Shown: positions 1-8,548 of the stretch, in pieces
How the letters are laid out: each line of letters starts with the position of its first letter
Numbering within the stretch: the first letter of the stretch is position 1
DNA from: Candidatus Udaeobacter sp.
GTDB lineage: Bacteria > Verrucomicrobiota > Verrucomicrobiia > Chthoniobacterales > UBA10450
DNA: 41,974 nucleotides
Direction: 5' to 3'
Assembly: GCA_036502745.1 (NCBI GenBank)
Contig: DASXYB010000048.1
Coordinates: 1-41,974, forward strand
Notes under the pieces: model-generated
The model's input: only the letters and a program-made list of their open reading frames with translations
Told to the model about the DNA's origin: nothing
Databases searched by the model: none
Position numbers and translations under genes: made by a program

Positions 1-423
1 ATCCGCCTCGGCTTCGAAGGCGGACAAATGCCGCTGATTCGACGATTACCGAAGCGCGGATTTAACAACGCTGCATTTCACAAGCATTACGCTGTTGTGA
101 ACGTGAGTGACCTCAATTCATTCGAGTCCGGGACAGTGGTAAATGAAAAACTTTTACGCGAATCGAACCTCATCCGCGGGCATTTTGTTGGCATCAAAAT
201 CCTCGGCGATGGCGAGCTGAAGCACGACCTGCAGGTGCAAGTCGACAAAATCAGTGCGACGGCGCGCGAGAAAATTGAAAAGGCCGGCGGAACGGTCACG
301 TTGCGTAAACGACACGGGGTTGAAAAAAGCGAAGCAGATGTTGCTTTGTCTGAAGCGGAACCAGACGCCGCCACCCCGACAGCCAAGCGCCGGGTTAAGA
401 AAACGAAATCGCGCAAGAAGTAG
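1..423 (+). CDS. rplO: 50S ribosomal protein L15, 5'-partial (gene starts left of the window)
   Basis: Frame 1 is open from base 1 (IRLGFEGGQMPLIRRLPKRGFNN...), matching the conserved L15 core. It has a Lys-rich tail and sits directly upstream of secY, as in spc operons. Confidence 0.9.
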   Translation: MRLGFEGGQMPLIRRLPKRGFNNAAFHKHYAVVNVSDLNSFESGTVVNEKLLRESNLIRGHFVGIKILGDGELKHDLQVQVDKISATAREKIEKAGGTVTLRKRHGVEKSEADVALSEAEPDAATPTAKRRVKKTKSRKK

Positions 424-428
424 AGCGA

Positions 429-1934
429 ATGATTTCGGCGTTCCTCAATACCGTCAAAATACCGGAGCTGCGCCGGCGCATTCTGTTTACGCTGGCCGTA
501 ATTGTGATTGTGCGTTTGGGCGCTGCGATCACGACACCGGGTGTGAATCAGGGCGTTTTGCAAGAATGGTTTCGCACTTCGCTCAGCCAGCGCACCGGAG
601 GCGGTCTGGCTGCGCTGTTTAATTTGTTCAGTGGCGGCGCGCTGGAAAACTGCGCTATTTTTTCTCTGGGGATCATGCCGTACATCAGCGCGTCCATCAT
701 GATGCAGCTGCTAACTGCAGTGATTCCGCAACTCGGCAGGTTGGCGCGCGAAGACGGTGGTCGTCAGAAGATCATGCAGTTGACGCGGTACACGACACTG
801 GTGCTATGCATTTTCCAAGGTTATTTACTGGCGCTCTCCTTTCAGCACCCGGAGTCGTACCACACGATGCTGCCCGGAATTACTGACACAATCAGGCAAC
901 TTGGTGTGCCGCTGGTGGATGATCTTGGTTGGAAATTCCGAATCGTCACGGTGGTCTCCCTAACGACCGGTACATTGGTTTTGATGTGGTTAGGTGATCA
1001 AATCACCGAGCGTGGTATCGGGAACGGCATTTCTCTCATCATCACGATAGGGATTGTGGCGCGGCTGCCCGCTGCGCTGGTGCAGGCTTGGAAGACTTTT
1101 GTTCCATCGGGGCAGGGAGCGAGCCAGGTGAACCCGATGGTGTTGGTGCTGCTTGTCGTGGTCCTCATCTTTGTCATCGCCGCAGTGATAGCGATTACGC
1201 AAGGCGTCCGCAAAATCACTGTGCAGTACGCGAAACGCGTGGTCGGACGGAAAATGTACGGCGGCCAAACCCAATACATGCCTTTGAAAGTAAATTATGC
1301 AGGCGTGATGCCGATCATCTTTGCTTGGGCGCTGCTTTTGTTCCCTGCGACGATCGTGAGTTACGGCTTCAAGAACAGTCCCACTGCGAATCGCATTGCT
1401 GCAGCGCTTTCGACTGGGTGGCCGCATTATCTCGCTCTTGCTGCAATGATTTTCTTCTTCAGCTACTTCTGGGTCGCCACGCAGTTTCAACCGACCCAAA
1501 TCGCGGACGATCTGAAGAAATACGGAGGTTACATCCCCGGTGTTAGACCGGGAAAACCGACCGCGGACTTCCTCGATTACACCATGACGCGCCTGACTTT
1601 TGCGGGTGCAATCTTCTTAACGCTAATCGCGGTCTTCCCAAGCTTGCTCAGCCAATGGCTGAACGTGCCGGTGATCACGGCTCAGTTTTTCGGCGGCACC
1701 AGCCTCTTGATCATTGTTGGCGTCATGCTCGATACGATGCGTCAAGTGGAGACGCACCTGATTCAACGCCACTACGACGGATTTTTGCGCAAGGGCCGAA
1801 TCCGCGGGCGCTCGTTTGATCGCGCTGCGTACGCGCGCGGCGAAGCGGTGGGTAGTGGTACGCTCATCTGGTTTGGTGTGGGTATTGCCGTACTTGTGAT
1901 TGCCGGGGTCGCGATCTTCCTTTATGGACGATAG
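429..1934 (+). CDS. secY: Preprotein translocase subunit SecY, with a C-terminal extension of about 45 aa containing an extra hydrophobic segment
   Basis: 501-aa multi-TM protein with SecY signatures (IFSLGIMPYISASIMMQLL, GNGISLII, YAGVMPIIFA). It occupies the canonical position between rplO and adk. Confidence 0.95.
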   Translation: MISAFLNTVKIPELRRRILFTLAVIVIVRLGAAITTPGVNQGVLQEWFRTSLSQRTGGGLAALFNLFSGGALENCAIFSLGIMPYISASIMMQLLTAVIPQLGRLAREDGGRQKIMQLTRYTTLVLCIFQGYLLALSFQHPESYHTMLPGITDTIRQLGVPLVDDLGWKFRIVTVVSLTTGTLVLMWLGDQITERGIGNGISLIITIGIVARLPAALVQAWKTFVPSGQGASQVNPMVLVLLVVVLIFVIAAVIAITQGVRKITVQYAKRVVGRKMYGGQTQYMPLKVNYAGVMPIIFAWALLLFPATIVSYGFKNSPTANRIAAALSTGWPHYLALAAMIFFFSYFWVATQFQPTQIADDLKKYGGYIPGVRPGKPTADFLDYTMTRLTFAGAIFLTLIAVFPSLLSQWLNVPVITAQFFGGTSLLIIVGVMLDTMRQVETHLIQRHYDGFLRKGRIRGRSFDRAAYARGEAVGSGTLIWFGVGIAVLVIAGVAIFLYGR

Positions 1935-2594
1935 GTGAAAAGGCGGCTTGTTCTTCTCGGTCCGCCCGGTTCCGGTAAAGGAACCCAGGCGGAAATGATT
2001 ACGCGGCACTTCGGAATTCCCGTGACTTCACCAGGGGCGATTCTGCGCCGTGAACGCGATCTGGGGACACCGCTGGGGCAGGAGACTGCTGAAGCGCTTC
2101 GCAGCGGCGGACTGGTCTCGGACAAGATCATCATCGAACTAATCGAGGACTGGCTGCGCTTGCACGGAGGCCACGGATTCGTTTTTGACGGATTTCCCCG
2201 AACATTGCCGCAGGCTGAAAGTTTAATGTCCATGTTGACGAAGTTGCGCACAGCGCTGGATCTGGCGATCTGGTTGGAAGTATCGGAAGAAACTGTGCGC
2301 GATCGCATCACTGGCCGGCTTCAATGCGGGGAGTGCGGTTTTACCACGAGTTCATCGAGCGCGCAGTTCGCTAATCGTCCCGTATGTCCATATTGCGACG
2401 GCCGATTGGAGCGCCGCAACGATGATGATTTGGGTGTATTGCAAACACGCCTGCAAGAGTTCCACACAAAGACCGAACCGCTGGGAGCTTTCTACAAAAA
2501 GATGTCGATCTTGCATCGGATTGATGGCAATCGCGACCGAGATGCGGTCTTTGCCGAGATCTCCCGATTGATTGAGGACAAAACGGCGAAGTGA
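1935..2594 (+). CDS. adk: Adenylate kinase (GTG start, Cys4 zinc LID)
   Basis: P-loop GPPGSGKGTQ, FVFDGFPRT, and LID motifs CGECG...CPYCDG. The start abuts the secY stop. Confidence 0.95.
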   Translation: MKRRLVLLGPPGSGKGTQAEMITRHFGIPVTSPGAILRRERDLGTPLGQETAEALRSGGLVSDKIIIELIEDWLRLHGGHGFVFDGFPRTLPQAESLMSMLTKLRTALDLAIWLEVSEETVRDRITGRLQCGECGFTTSSSSAQFANRPVCPYCDGRLERRNDDDLGVLQTRLQEFHTKTEPLGAFYKKMSILHRIDGNRDRDAVFAEISRLIEDKTAK

Positions 2595-3367
2595 TTCCGA
2601 TCAAGAACGCAAAGGAAGTAGAGAAAATGCGGCAGGCGTGCCGCACGGCTAGCGACATCCTTCATCGAGTTAGCGATCTGATCCGACCCGGAATTGCAAC
2701 GAAGGAAGTCGATCAGGCAGCTGCGGACTTCATGAGCGAAGCGGGCGTAAAAAGCGCCTTTCTAGGTTATCGGCTGGGGCATCGTGTTTTTCCCGGGTAC
2801 ATTTGCATCTCTCTAAACGACGAGGTGGTCCACGGTATTGGAAGCCAGCGGCGCATTCAGTATGGCGACGTCGTGAAGCTCGATATCGGTATTATTCAAG
2901 ATGGTTGGGTTGGTGACAACGCCACGACTATACCGGTTGGGATCATTGAGGAGCGCACCGACCAGTTGCTGCGTGCGACTGAAAATGCGCTCGCACGTGC
3001 AATCAGCGCTGCGCATGAAGGCCGGCGCGTTGGGGACATCTGCGCGGAAATTGAGGATGAAGCGCGCCGATGTGGTTTTTCGGTGGTGCGCGAATTTGTT
3101 GGGCATGGCGTCGGCCGCAAAATGCATGAGGAACCCCAAATCCCTAATTATGGCAAACGCGGTAGCGGACCAAAACTGAAAGCAGGGATGACGCTCGCGA
3201 TTGAGCCAATGATTAACGTTGGCACGTCCGATGTCCGGTTGCTCGATGACGGCTGGACAGTATGCACAGCGGATAACCTGCCGTCGGCCCACTTCGAGCA
3301 CACGGTTCTGATTACAAAGGACGAGCCCGAGATTCTGACATGGCGCGCGAAGACGCAATTGAGGTAG
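2591..3367 (+). CDS. map: Type I methionine aminopeptidase
   Basis: Motifs VVHGI, DIG..DGW.GD, FVGHG.G, LAIEPM and HFEHT. There is a GTGA overlap with the adk stop. Confidence 0.95.
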   Translation: MIPIKNAKEVEKMRQACRTASDILHRVSDLIRPGIATKEVDQAAADFMSEAGVKSAFLGYRLGHRVFPGYICISLNDEVVHGIGSQRRIQYGDVVKLDIGIIQDGWVGDNATTIPVGIIEERTDQLLRATENALARAISAAHEGRRVGDICAEIEDEARRCGFSVVREFVGHGVGRKMHEEPQIPNYGKRGSGPKLKAGMTLAIEPMINVGTSDVRLLDDGWTVCTADNLPSAHFEHTVLITKDEPEILTWRAKTQLR

Positions 3368-3596
3368 AGGGCACCGTCGTCGAGTTGCTGCCTAACATAA
3401 TGTTTCGGGTCTACATTCCGGGTGACGGCCGCTTGCTGGGATATATCTCCGGCAAATTCGTCTGCATTTCATTCGGATCTTGCCAGGAGACAAAGTTATG
3501 GTAAACATCTCACCTTACGATTTGTCGAAAGGGCGAATTATTTACCGCCAAACAAGACAACCCGGCGAGCGGCCGCGGTTTTCGATTTCGGGAATT
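3340..3596 (+). pseudogene. infA: Translation initiation factor IF-1, disrupted as assembled: a -1 shift is needed after codon 39, and there is no stop codon before rpmJ
   Basis: Frame 1 from ATG 3340 gives [39 protein letters not shown], then diverges and stops at 3502-3504. Frame 3 from 3456 gives [31 protein letters not shown], the conserved C-terminal half of IF-1. The join lies at GGCAAATTC (3451-3459). Confidence 0.8.
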
Positions 3597-3710
3597 ATGA
3601 AAGTACGACCATCAGTAAAAAGGCTTTGTGCTAGTTGCAGGATCGTGAAGCGCAAGAACGTAGTGCGCGTGATCTGCAAGAATCCGCGACATAAGCAACG
3701 CCAGGGCTGA
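3597..3710 (+). CDS. rpmJ: 50S ribosomal protein L36
   Basis: [37 protein letters not shown] is a near-consensus L36. It lies in the same frame as the infA 3' half. Confidence 0.9.
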   Translation: MKVRPSVKRLCASCRIVKRKNVVRVICKNPRHKQRQG

Positions 3711-3736
3711 TTACTGCAGTCGTGAAGTATTGATTT

Positions 3737-4132
3737 ATGCCAAGATTACTAGGAGTTGAAATTCCAGCAGACAAACGCGTCGAGGTATCTCTGACTTACA
3801 TCTACGGAATCGGCTTTAGCACTGCGAGGCGCATTCTCGAGCAGACGAATATCGACCCAAACGTCCGCGCGAAAGATCTAACGCCGCAGCAGTTGAATGA
3901 GATCATCCACGCGATCACGAACAACAAGCTTAAGATCGAGGGTGATCTGCGCCGCGACATTCAAGGCAATTTAAAACGGTTACAGGCGATCAATTCTTAT
4001 CGCGGCATCCGTCACCGCAAAGGTCTGCCCGTGCGCGGTCAACGCACTTCGACAAATGCGCGAACACGTAAAGGACCTCGCAAAACGGTGGGCGTCATTC
4101 GTAATCCAGACGCCAAAGCCGGCAAAGTTTAA
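3737..4132 (+). CDS. rpsM: 30S ribosomal protein S13
   Basis: [37 protein letters not shown]; canonical position. Confidence 0.95.
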   Translation: MPRLLGVEIPADKRVEVSLTYIYGIGFSTARRILEQTNIDPNVRAKDLTPQQLNEIIHAITNNKLKIEGDLRRDIQGNLKRLQAINSYRGIRHRKGLPVRGQRTSTNARTRKGPRKTVGVIRNPDAKAGKV

Positions 4133-4144
4133 CCATCGACTCAC

Positions 4145-4732
4145 ATGGCTGAAGAGACTACTCCCGCAAATTCGGACGAAACGAAAAAAGGCGATGCTGG
4201 TGAAAAGCAACCAGCTGCCAAAGAGGCCGCTCCAAAAGAAGCAGCGCCTAAAAGTTCGACGGCAAAGAAAACAGCAAAGCCAAAGAAAGAACAACCAGCT
4301 CCTGCAGCCGGAGCGTCTGAAAGTCTTTCGCTCTCAAGCGAAGAGGTCGACAAGCCGAAGATCGTCAAAGCCAAAGGGAGTAAGAACGTTCATTCAGGTG
4401 TTGCGCATGTGCTCGCCACGTTCAACAACACGATCGTGACGATCACTGATCTGAAAGGCAACGTGATCGGATGGTCAAGCGCCGGCAAGGTCGGTTTCAA
4501 AGGTTCGCGCAAAAGCACCGCTTATGCTGCACAAATGGTGGCTCAGGATGCGTCGCGCCAGGCGATGGGTCATGGACTCAAAGAGGTCGAAGTGTTGGTC
4601 AAAGGACCGGGAGCAGGACGCGAATCCGCCGTGCGCGCTTTACAGGCGATCGGGCTCGATCTCACGGTGATTCGCGACGTTACGCCGGTGCCGCACAACG
4701 GTTGTCGCCCACCAAAGCAGCGCCGCGTCTGA
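4145..4732 (+). CDS. rpsK: 30S ribosomal protein S11 with an N-terminal Lys/Ala/Pro/Glu-rich extension of about 65 aa
   Basis: The C-terminal 130 aa are typical S11 ([20 protein letters not shown]...[33 protein letters not shown]). The extension is low complexity. Confidence 0.93.
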   Translation: MAEETTPANSDETKKGDAGEKQPAAKEAAPKEAAPKSSTAKKTAKPKKEQPAPAAGASESLSLSSEEVDKPKIVKAKGSKNVHSGVAHVLATFNNTIVTITDLKGNVIGWSSAGKVGFKGSRKSTAYAAQMVAQDASRQAMGHGLKEVEVLVKGPGAGRESAVRALQAIGLDLTVIRDVTPVPHNGCRPPKQRRV

Positions 4733-4772
4733 TGAAAACGCTTCAACGCTTCAACCTTTCAACGATTTAACG
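4733..4772. repeat. Five tandem 8-nt units (TGAAAACG CTTCAACG CTTCAACC TTTCAACG ATTTAACG) filling the rpsK-rpsD spacer
   Basis: Read directly. The units start immediately after the rpsK TGA (4730-4732) and end 6 nt before the rpsD ATG (4779). Confidence 0.8.
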
Positions 4773-4778
4773 AACCCC

Positions 4779-5390
4779 ATGGCCAGATATACAGGACCAA
4801 AAACAAAAGTAAGCCGACGTTACGGTGTCCCCCTCTTCGGTTCGTCGAAGGCACTCGAACGGAAAAACTACCCGCCAGGTATCCACGGCCCACGGGGCTC
4901 CCGTCGCAAGCAATCGGATTATGCAATTGCCCTCGGCGAAAAGCAGAAGCTGCGTTACCAATACGGACTGCTCGAGCGACAATTCCGGCGCATTTTCCAG
5001 CGTGCGTTACGCAAGCGTGGTGTAACTGGTGAAACGCTTCTCCAGTTATTGGAAACGCGACTCGATAACGTTGTTTACCGGCTCGGCTTTGCCAACACAC
5101 GCAGTGGCGCGCGCCAACTCGTGTCCCATGGGCACGTGCTCGTGAACGGGCGTGGCGTCAACGTCGCTTCATACAATGTGAAAGCAGGTGACGCAGTTAC
5201 CATCAAGGACAAGCCGAAGTCGCGGCAACTCGTGCTGCGCAATCTTGATCTCACGCAAATCGCTCCCGTGCCGGACTGGCTCACAGTCGATCGCGACGGC
5301 CTCAGCGGCAAAGTCGCGCGCATCCCGTCCAAGGAAGAAATCCAGCCGATAGTCAACGAACAGCTAGTCGTCGAGCTGTATTCGCGGTAA
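4779..5390 (+). CDS. rpsD: 30S ribosomal protein S4
   Basis: MARYTGPK.K.SRR.G, YGLLE.QFR, RLDNVVYRLGFA.TR..ARQLV.HGH..VNG; canonical position after rpsK. Confidence 0.95.
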   Translation: MARYTGPKTKVSRRYGVPLFGSSKALERKNYPPGIHGPRGSRRKQSDYAIALGEKQKLRYQYGLLERQFRRIFQRALRKRGVTGETLLQLLETRLDNVVYRLGFANTRSGARQLVSHGHVLVNGRGVNVASYNVKAGDAVTIKDKPKSRQLVLRNLDLTQIAPVPDWLTVDRDGLSGKVARIPSKEEIQPIVNEQLVVELYSR

Positions 5391-6149
5391 AGCGCGGTGG
5401 AATGCGCTCCTTTTATCCGGAGCATTTGCAGGATATAGACGAACGTTTCATCTAAGTCTCGTTAGGCTGGATTTCGCCGGTGCGGCTGATGTGTTCACGC
5501 CATGAACCCAAGTGGAGGAATTCTAATAACCCCGCCGTGGCTTATCTCTATCTCGTTAGACCTCATGCGCCAGCTCTCCTTGGTTCTGCTGATTGCTGTA
5601 ATTCGGCTTTCGCAGACCAACCGACCGCACGCTGTCTTTTGAGTGCCAAAGAATCAGCTGCTCTCGAGGAACAGATCATACTCGGTCACAGAATCTTGGC
5701 TGCGCTATCTCGCTACTCAAAGACGTCAGAGCGAGTAAAAGTTCCGACGGAATATCATGTTATGGCTCGCGCGACTGCTATTGAGGTCCTTCACGGCGCT
5801 GGTTAGTCGGCGATTCTGATATGGCTCTTGCGCAACGTTATCAACTGGTGCTTCAGCTCATTCGCCCCGAATCTCCACCGACATAACCACTGTTTACGAT
5901 GCAAACTGCCAGCGGAGAACTCATTTTCGACACGCGCGGCAACGTCACTCTGCGGTCATCATCAATGAGATCTAACCAGTCGATGAAGCCTCTCTCTTCT
6001 TTAAAGCGCAAAGCGCACCATGCGACAGGCACATTCCACCGGGGCGCAGGTAACGGTCACCGGATCGTGTTTACGTTTGTTGGGACTAACCTCCCCTTGA
6101 CGGCGTTCTAGAGCTGGCTCATTTCGATAACCACGAAATCGACTCGGCC

Positions 6150-7298
6150 ATGAACTTATCTGATCTCATCCAAGCTACTTCTCAGCCTTATTCCGCTTTG
6201 CAGCGGAGGATTGATTTTCACAACTGGCTTTTTTTCTCGCGGAGCCTGGGTTTCAACATGCAGGCGCAGACGCAGTCGAATTGGTGCTGGGCGGCGACGG
6301 CGCGGAGTGTATCGCACTACTATTGGTTTCTCAGCCGCTGGTCGCAGTGCAACATCGCTTGCGCGGAGTTGAGCCTGACAACCTGTTGCGATGTGCCGGT
6401 GCCGGATGACTGCAACGTGAGCTGGTGGCTGGCGAAGGCGTTGCAGCGGACGCAGAATTTTATGAGCGTGACAGGCCCAGTCGATTTCGCGGCTGTGAAG
6501 GCTGAGATCGATGCGGGACGCCCGGTGGGCGCGCGAATCGGGTGGAGTGGTGGTGGCGGGCATTTCTGCGTGATTTATGGTTACACGGCAGGGCTGTTTG
6601 GTGATAACTACTTCGACGTCGACGATCCGATTTATGGAAAGTCGCACCTGACGGTTTCTGATTTCAGCAACAACTATCAAGGCACCGGCACATGGACGGA
6701 CACTGATTTCACCAAAAGCCACATCGATTTTATGTTTATCCTTCCGATGCTTGTGGATCAGGAAATTCTACGGCACATCTGGGAGCAGCGGCCGTTGCTG
6801 GGAGTAAAAGAAGGGTTGCCGGTGGAACAGATCGAGAACACGAAGGGACGCTCGCTCGGACTCGCGCATCCAGTATTCACGCTAGGATTGGAAGCGCTGC
6901 GTGAAGGTGATCCGCGCGCAGCACAAACAGGCGTGCGCGTCATCGAATTTGAGCGCGAGACACCGCGGGCATTTTACGACGTAGCGAACGAGGAGAAAAA
7001 GGTGCGCCAGATGTCAGCCTCGGGGACTTACTTGCAACTCTTGCCGCGCGCGCTGGAAGCCGTCGCGGCGCTGCCCGCTGGTGAGCGGCAGTTCGAGTTG
7101 CGATTACTCCAAGCGCCAGCGCTGAATTTTGAGGCACTCTGGCTGCACACGGGCGATGGCGAGCACGACCGAGTGATTCCGCTGCGCGGTTTCCACGGTT
7201 TCGCGGCGATGCAGCCAGTGAGTTACCGAGAGGCGATCGAAAAACTGCGACACGGTGCGCGCTTGCTGAATCAACAGGAAAGCGGAATGGGCGCTTGA
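6150..7298 (+). CDS. Papain-fold cysteine peptidase (C39-like / AvrRpt2 C70-like N-terminal domain) fused to a C-terminal domain of about 190 aa with no recognisable motifs
   Basis: Q-x5-CWA spacing as in papain (QTQSNWCWAAT). His motif GGGHFCVIYGY is followed by FDVDDP as the candidate third catalytic residue. The C-terminal half has no motif I recognise. Confidence 0.6.
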   Translation: MNLSDLIQATSQPYSALQRRIDFHNWLFFSRSLGFNMQAQTQSNWCWAATARSVSHYYWFLSRWSQCNIACAELSLTTCCDVPVPDDCNVSWWLAKALQRTQNFMSVTGPVDFAAVKAEIDAGRPVGARIGWSGGGGHFCVIYGYTAGLFGDNYFDVDDPIYGKSHLTVSDFSNNYQGTGTWTDTDFTKSHIDFMFILPMLVDQEILRHIWEQRPLLGVKEGLPVEQIENTKGRSLGLAHPVFTLGLEALREGDPRAAQTGVRVIEFERETPRAFYDVANEEKKVRQMSASGTYLQLLPRALEAVAALPAGERQFELRLLQAPALNFEALWLHTGDGEHDRVIPLRGFHGFAAMQPVSYREAIEKLRHGARLLNQQESGMGA

Positions 7299-7377
7299 TT
7301 AGACCGTTTGTGGTTCGTTTTCTGTTGACGAGTAAGACGGGAGTAGGACTGAACGGAGCTCGCTTTCGTGAGCGCGG

Positions 7378-7653
7378 CTACGAATTTTCCAAGAGTTGCA
7401 GCGCCTTGTCGTAGCTTTTGCGATCGAGATAATGCTTCAACCGCGGATCGATTGACGGTGGAAGCGACGCTTGCAGTTGATCGATGTTTTCTGAGACGGC
7501 GCGCAACCGGTTGATGTGCGTTGCGTGATCGCGGCGGCTTTCCTCATCTCCGATGATGGAGAGGCGTTCACGCAATGCTTCTCGAAGATCGGCAATCGTG
7601 TTGGAGTCGGTGGATTGACCGCTGCTCCCGCCACTGCGTGTCGCGTTGTCCAT
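7378..7653 (-). CDS. Hypothetical small protein (91 aa), helical and charged
   Basis: ORF located 8 nt downstream of the 7662-8009 gene on the same strand. No recognisable motif. Confidence 0.45.
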   Translation of the reverse strand: MDNATRSGGSSGQSTDSNTIADLREALRERLSIIGDEESRRDHATHINRLRAVSENIDQLQASLPPSIDPRLKHYLDRKSYDKALQLLENS

Positions 7654-7661
7654 GACAGCGC

Positions 7662-8009
7662 TCAGCGACGCGCCTCGGCCAGCAGCTGGCGCTTCGCTTC
7701 AAGCCAGTCCGACTCTGTGTCGCCAGGCAAAGCAAATCTGCGCCGGCGTTCCGAAATGAAATAGGCTCGAAGGCGAACGGCATCCTCTGAAGGCTCCTGC
7801 GGCATGGGAATCACGGTGGCCGGTGGAGATTCTGAAATGTGTGCAGTTTGCTTACTCGAATTCTTTGTCCCGCTCGGCTTGCGCGGCTTTTTCGCCGTGA
7901 TTGCGCGCGGTGACGTCTGGCGTTTACCGATTTTTTTTGTGGCAGATGGCGCGCCGGACTCCGGCGAGGGTCGATTTATGTTGTCGGCAGTTTTCGGTTT
8001 TTTTGGCAC
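7662..8009 (-). CDS. DUF2934-like protein with a Lys/Pro-rich N-terminus
   Basis: The C-terminal AVRLRAYFISERRRRFALPGDTESDWLEAKRQL matches the DUF2934 pattern (R.rAY....r......DW..Ae) as I recall it. Confidence 0.5.
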   Translation of the reverse strand: MPKKPKTADNINRPSPESGAPSATKKIGKRQTSPRAITAKKPRKPSGTKNSSKQTAHISESPPATVIPMPQEPSEDAVRLRAYFISERRRRFALPGDTESDWLEAKRQLLAEARR

Positions 8010-8107
8010 AGGTGTTCAGTGTTAAGACTTCAACTCGTTATCGTTCATCGGCTCGTTCGCAAGTGCTTTCTCGCCCTCTTTATTAGATCGGGTAAATTGT
8101 AGGAGAG

Positions 8108-8533
8108 ATGAAGCAATTCGTTTTCCGCTGGGCTGCGACGACGGTTGCTGTGATGGTCGCCTCATCCATCATCCGCGGCATCCGTTATGACACGATCGCC
8201 GCGCTCATCGGGGCGTCACTTTTACTGGGTGTTCTCAATGCTTTTGTCCGCCCGATTCTGTTGATTCTTAGCGCACCGGTCATTCTTCTTACGCTCGGCT
8301 TGTTCATTCTGGTTTTAAACGGACTCTTGCTGCTTCTGGTGCCTAGTGTCGTTGCCGGGTTTCATGTCGACAGCTTCTGGACTGCATTCTGGGGCGCGAT
8401 TGTGATCAGCTTCGTCAGCTGGGTTTTGAGCGCATTTTTCCGCGGGAGCGATGGACGCGTGCATGTCTTGACCCATCACACCGAAACACGCCGCGTCCGA
8501 GGTCGAGTCCTTGAAGACGAGGAACAGCGATGA
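8108..8533 (+). CDS. Phage holin family IV / DUF360 membrane protein
   Basis: Four hydrophobic segments, and the NAFVRPILLILSAPVILLTLGLF..VLN motif typical of this family. Confidence 0.7.
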   Translation: MKQFVFRWAATTVAVMVASSIIRGIRYDTIAALIGASLLLGVLNAFVRPILLILSAPVILLTLGLFILVLNGLLLLLVPSVVAGFHVDSFWTAFWGAIVISFVSWVLSAFFRGSDGRVHVLTHHTETRRVRGRVLEDEEQR

Positions 8534-8548
8534 GACTCGATTGGCGGA

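Noticed and set aside
3454-3460. Programmed -1 ribosomal frameshift in infA
   Set aside because: C-AAA-T is not a slippery heptamer; re-pairing of the P-site tRNA-Lys to CAA is poor. I identified no downstream stimulatory structure. A 1-nt homopolymer indel is more parsimonious.
5455-5570. 9-mer TCTCGTTAG occurring twice, about 90 bp apart, in the ORF-poor spacer
   Set aside because: A single 9-mer recurrence within about 750 bp is expected roughly once by chance. There is no extended similarity around it.
5480-5806. 108-aa ORF in the spacer after rpsD, as a gene or as an rpoA remnant
   Set aside because: It has no resemblance to the RpoA N-terminal domain or to any motif I know. Its composition is unremarkable, so I left it uncalled.
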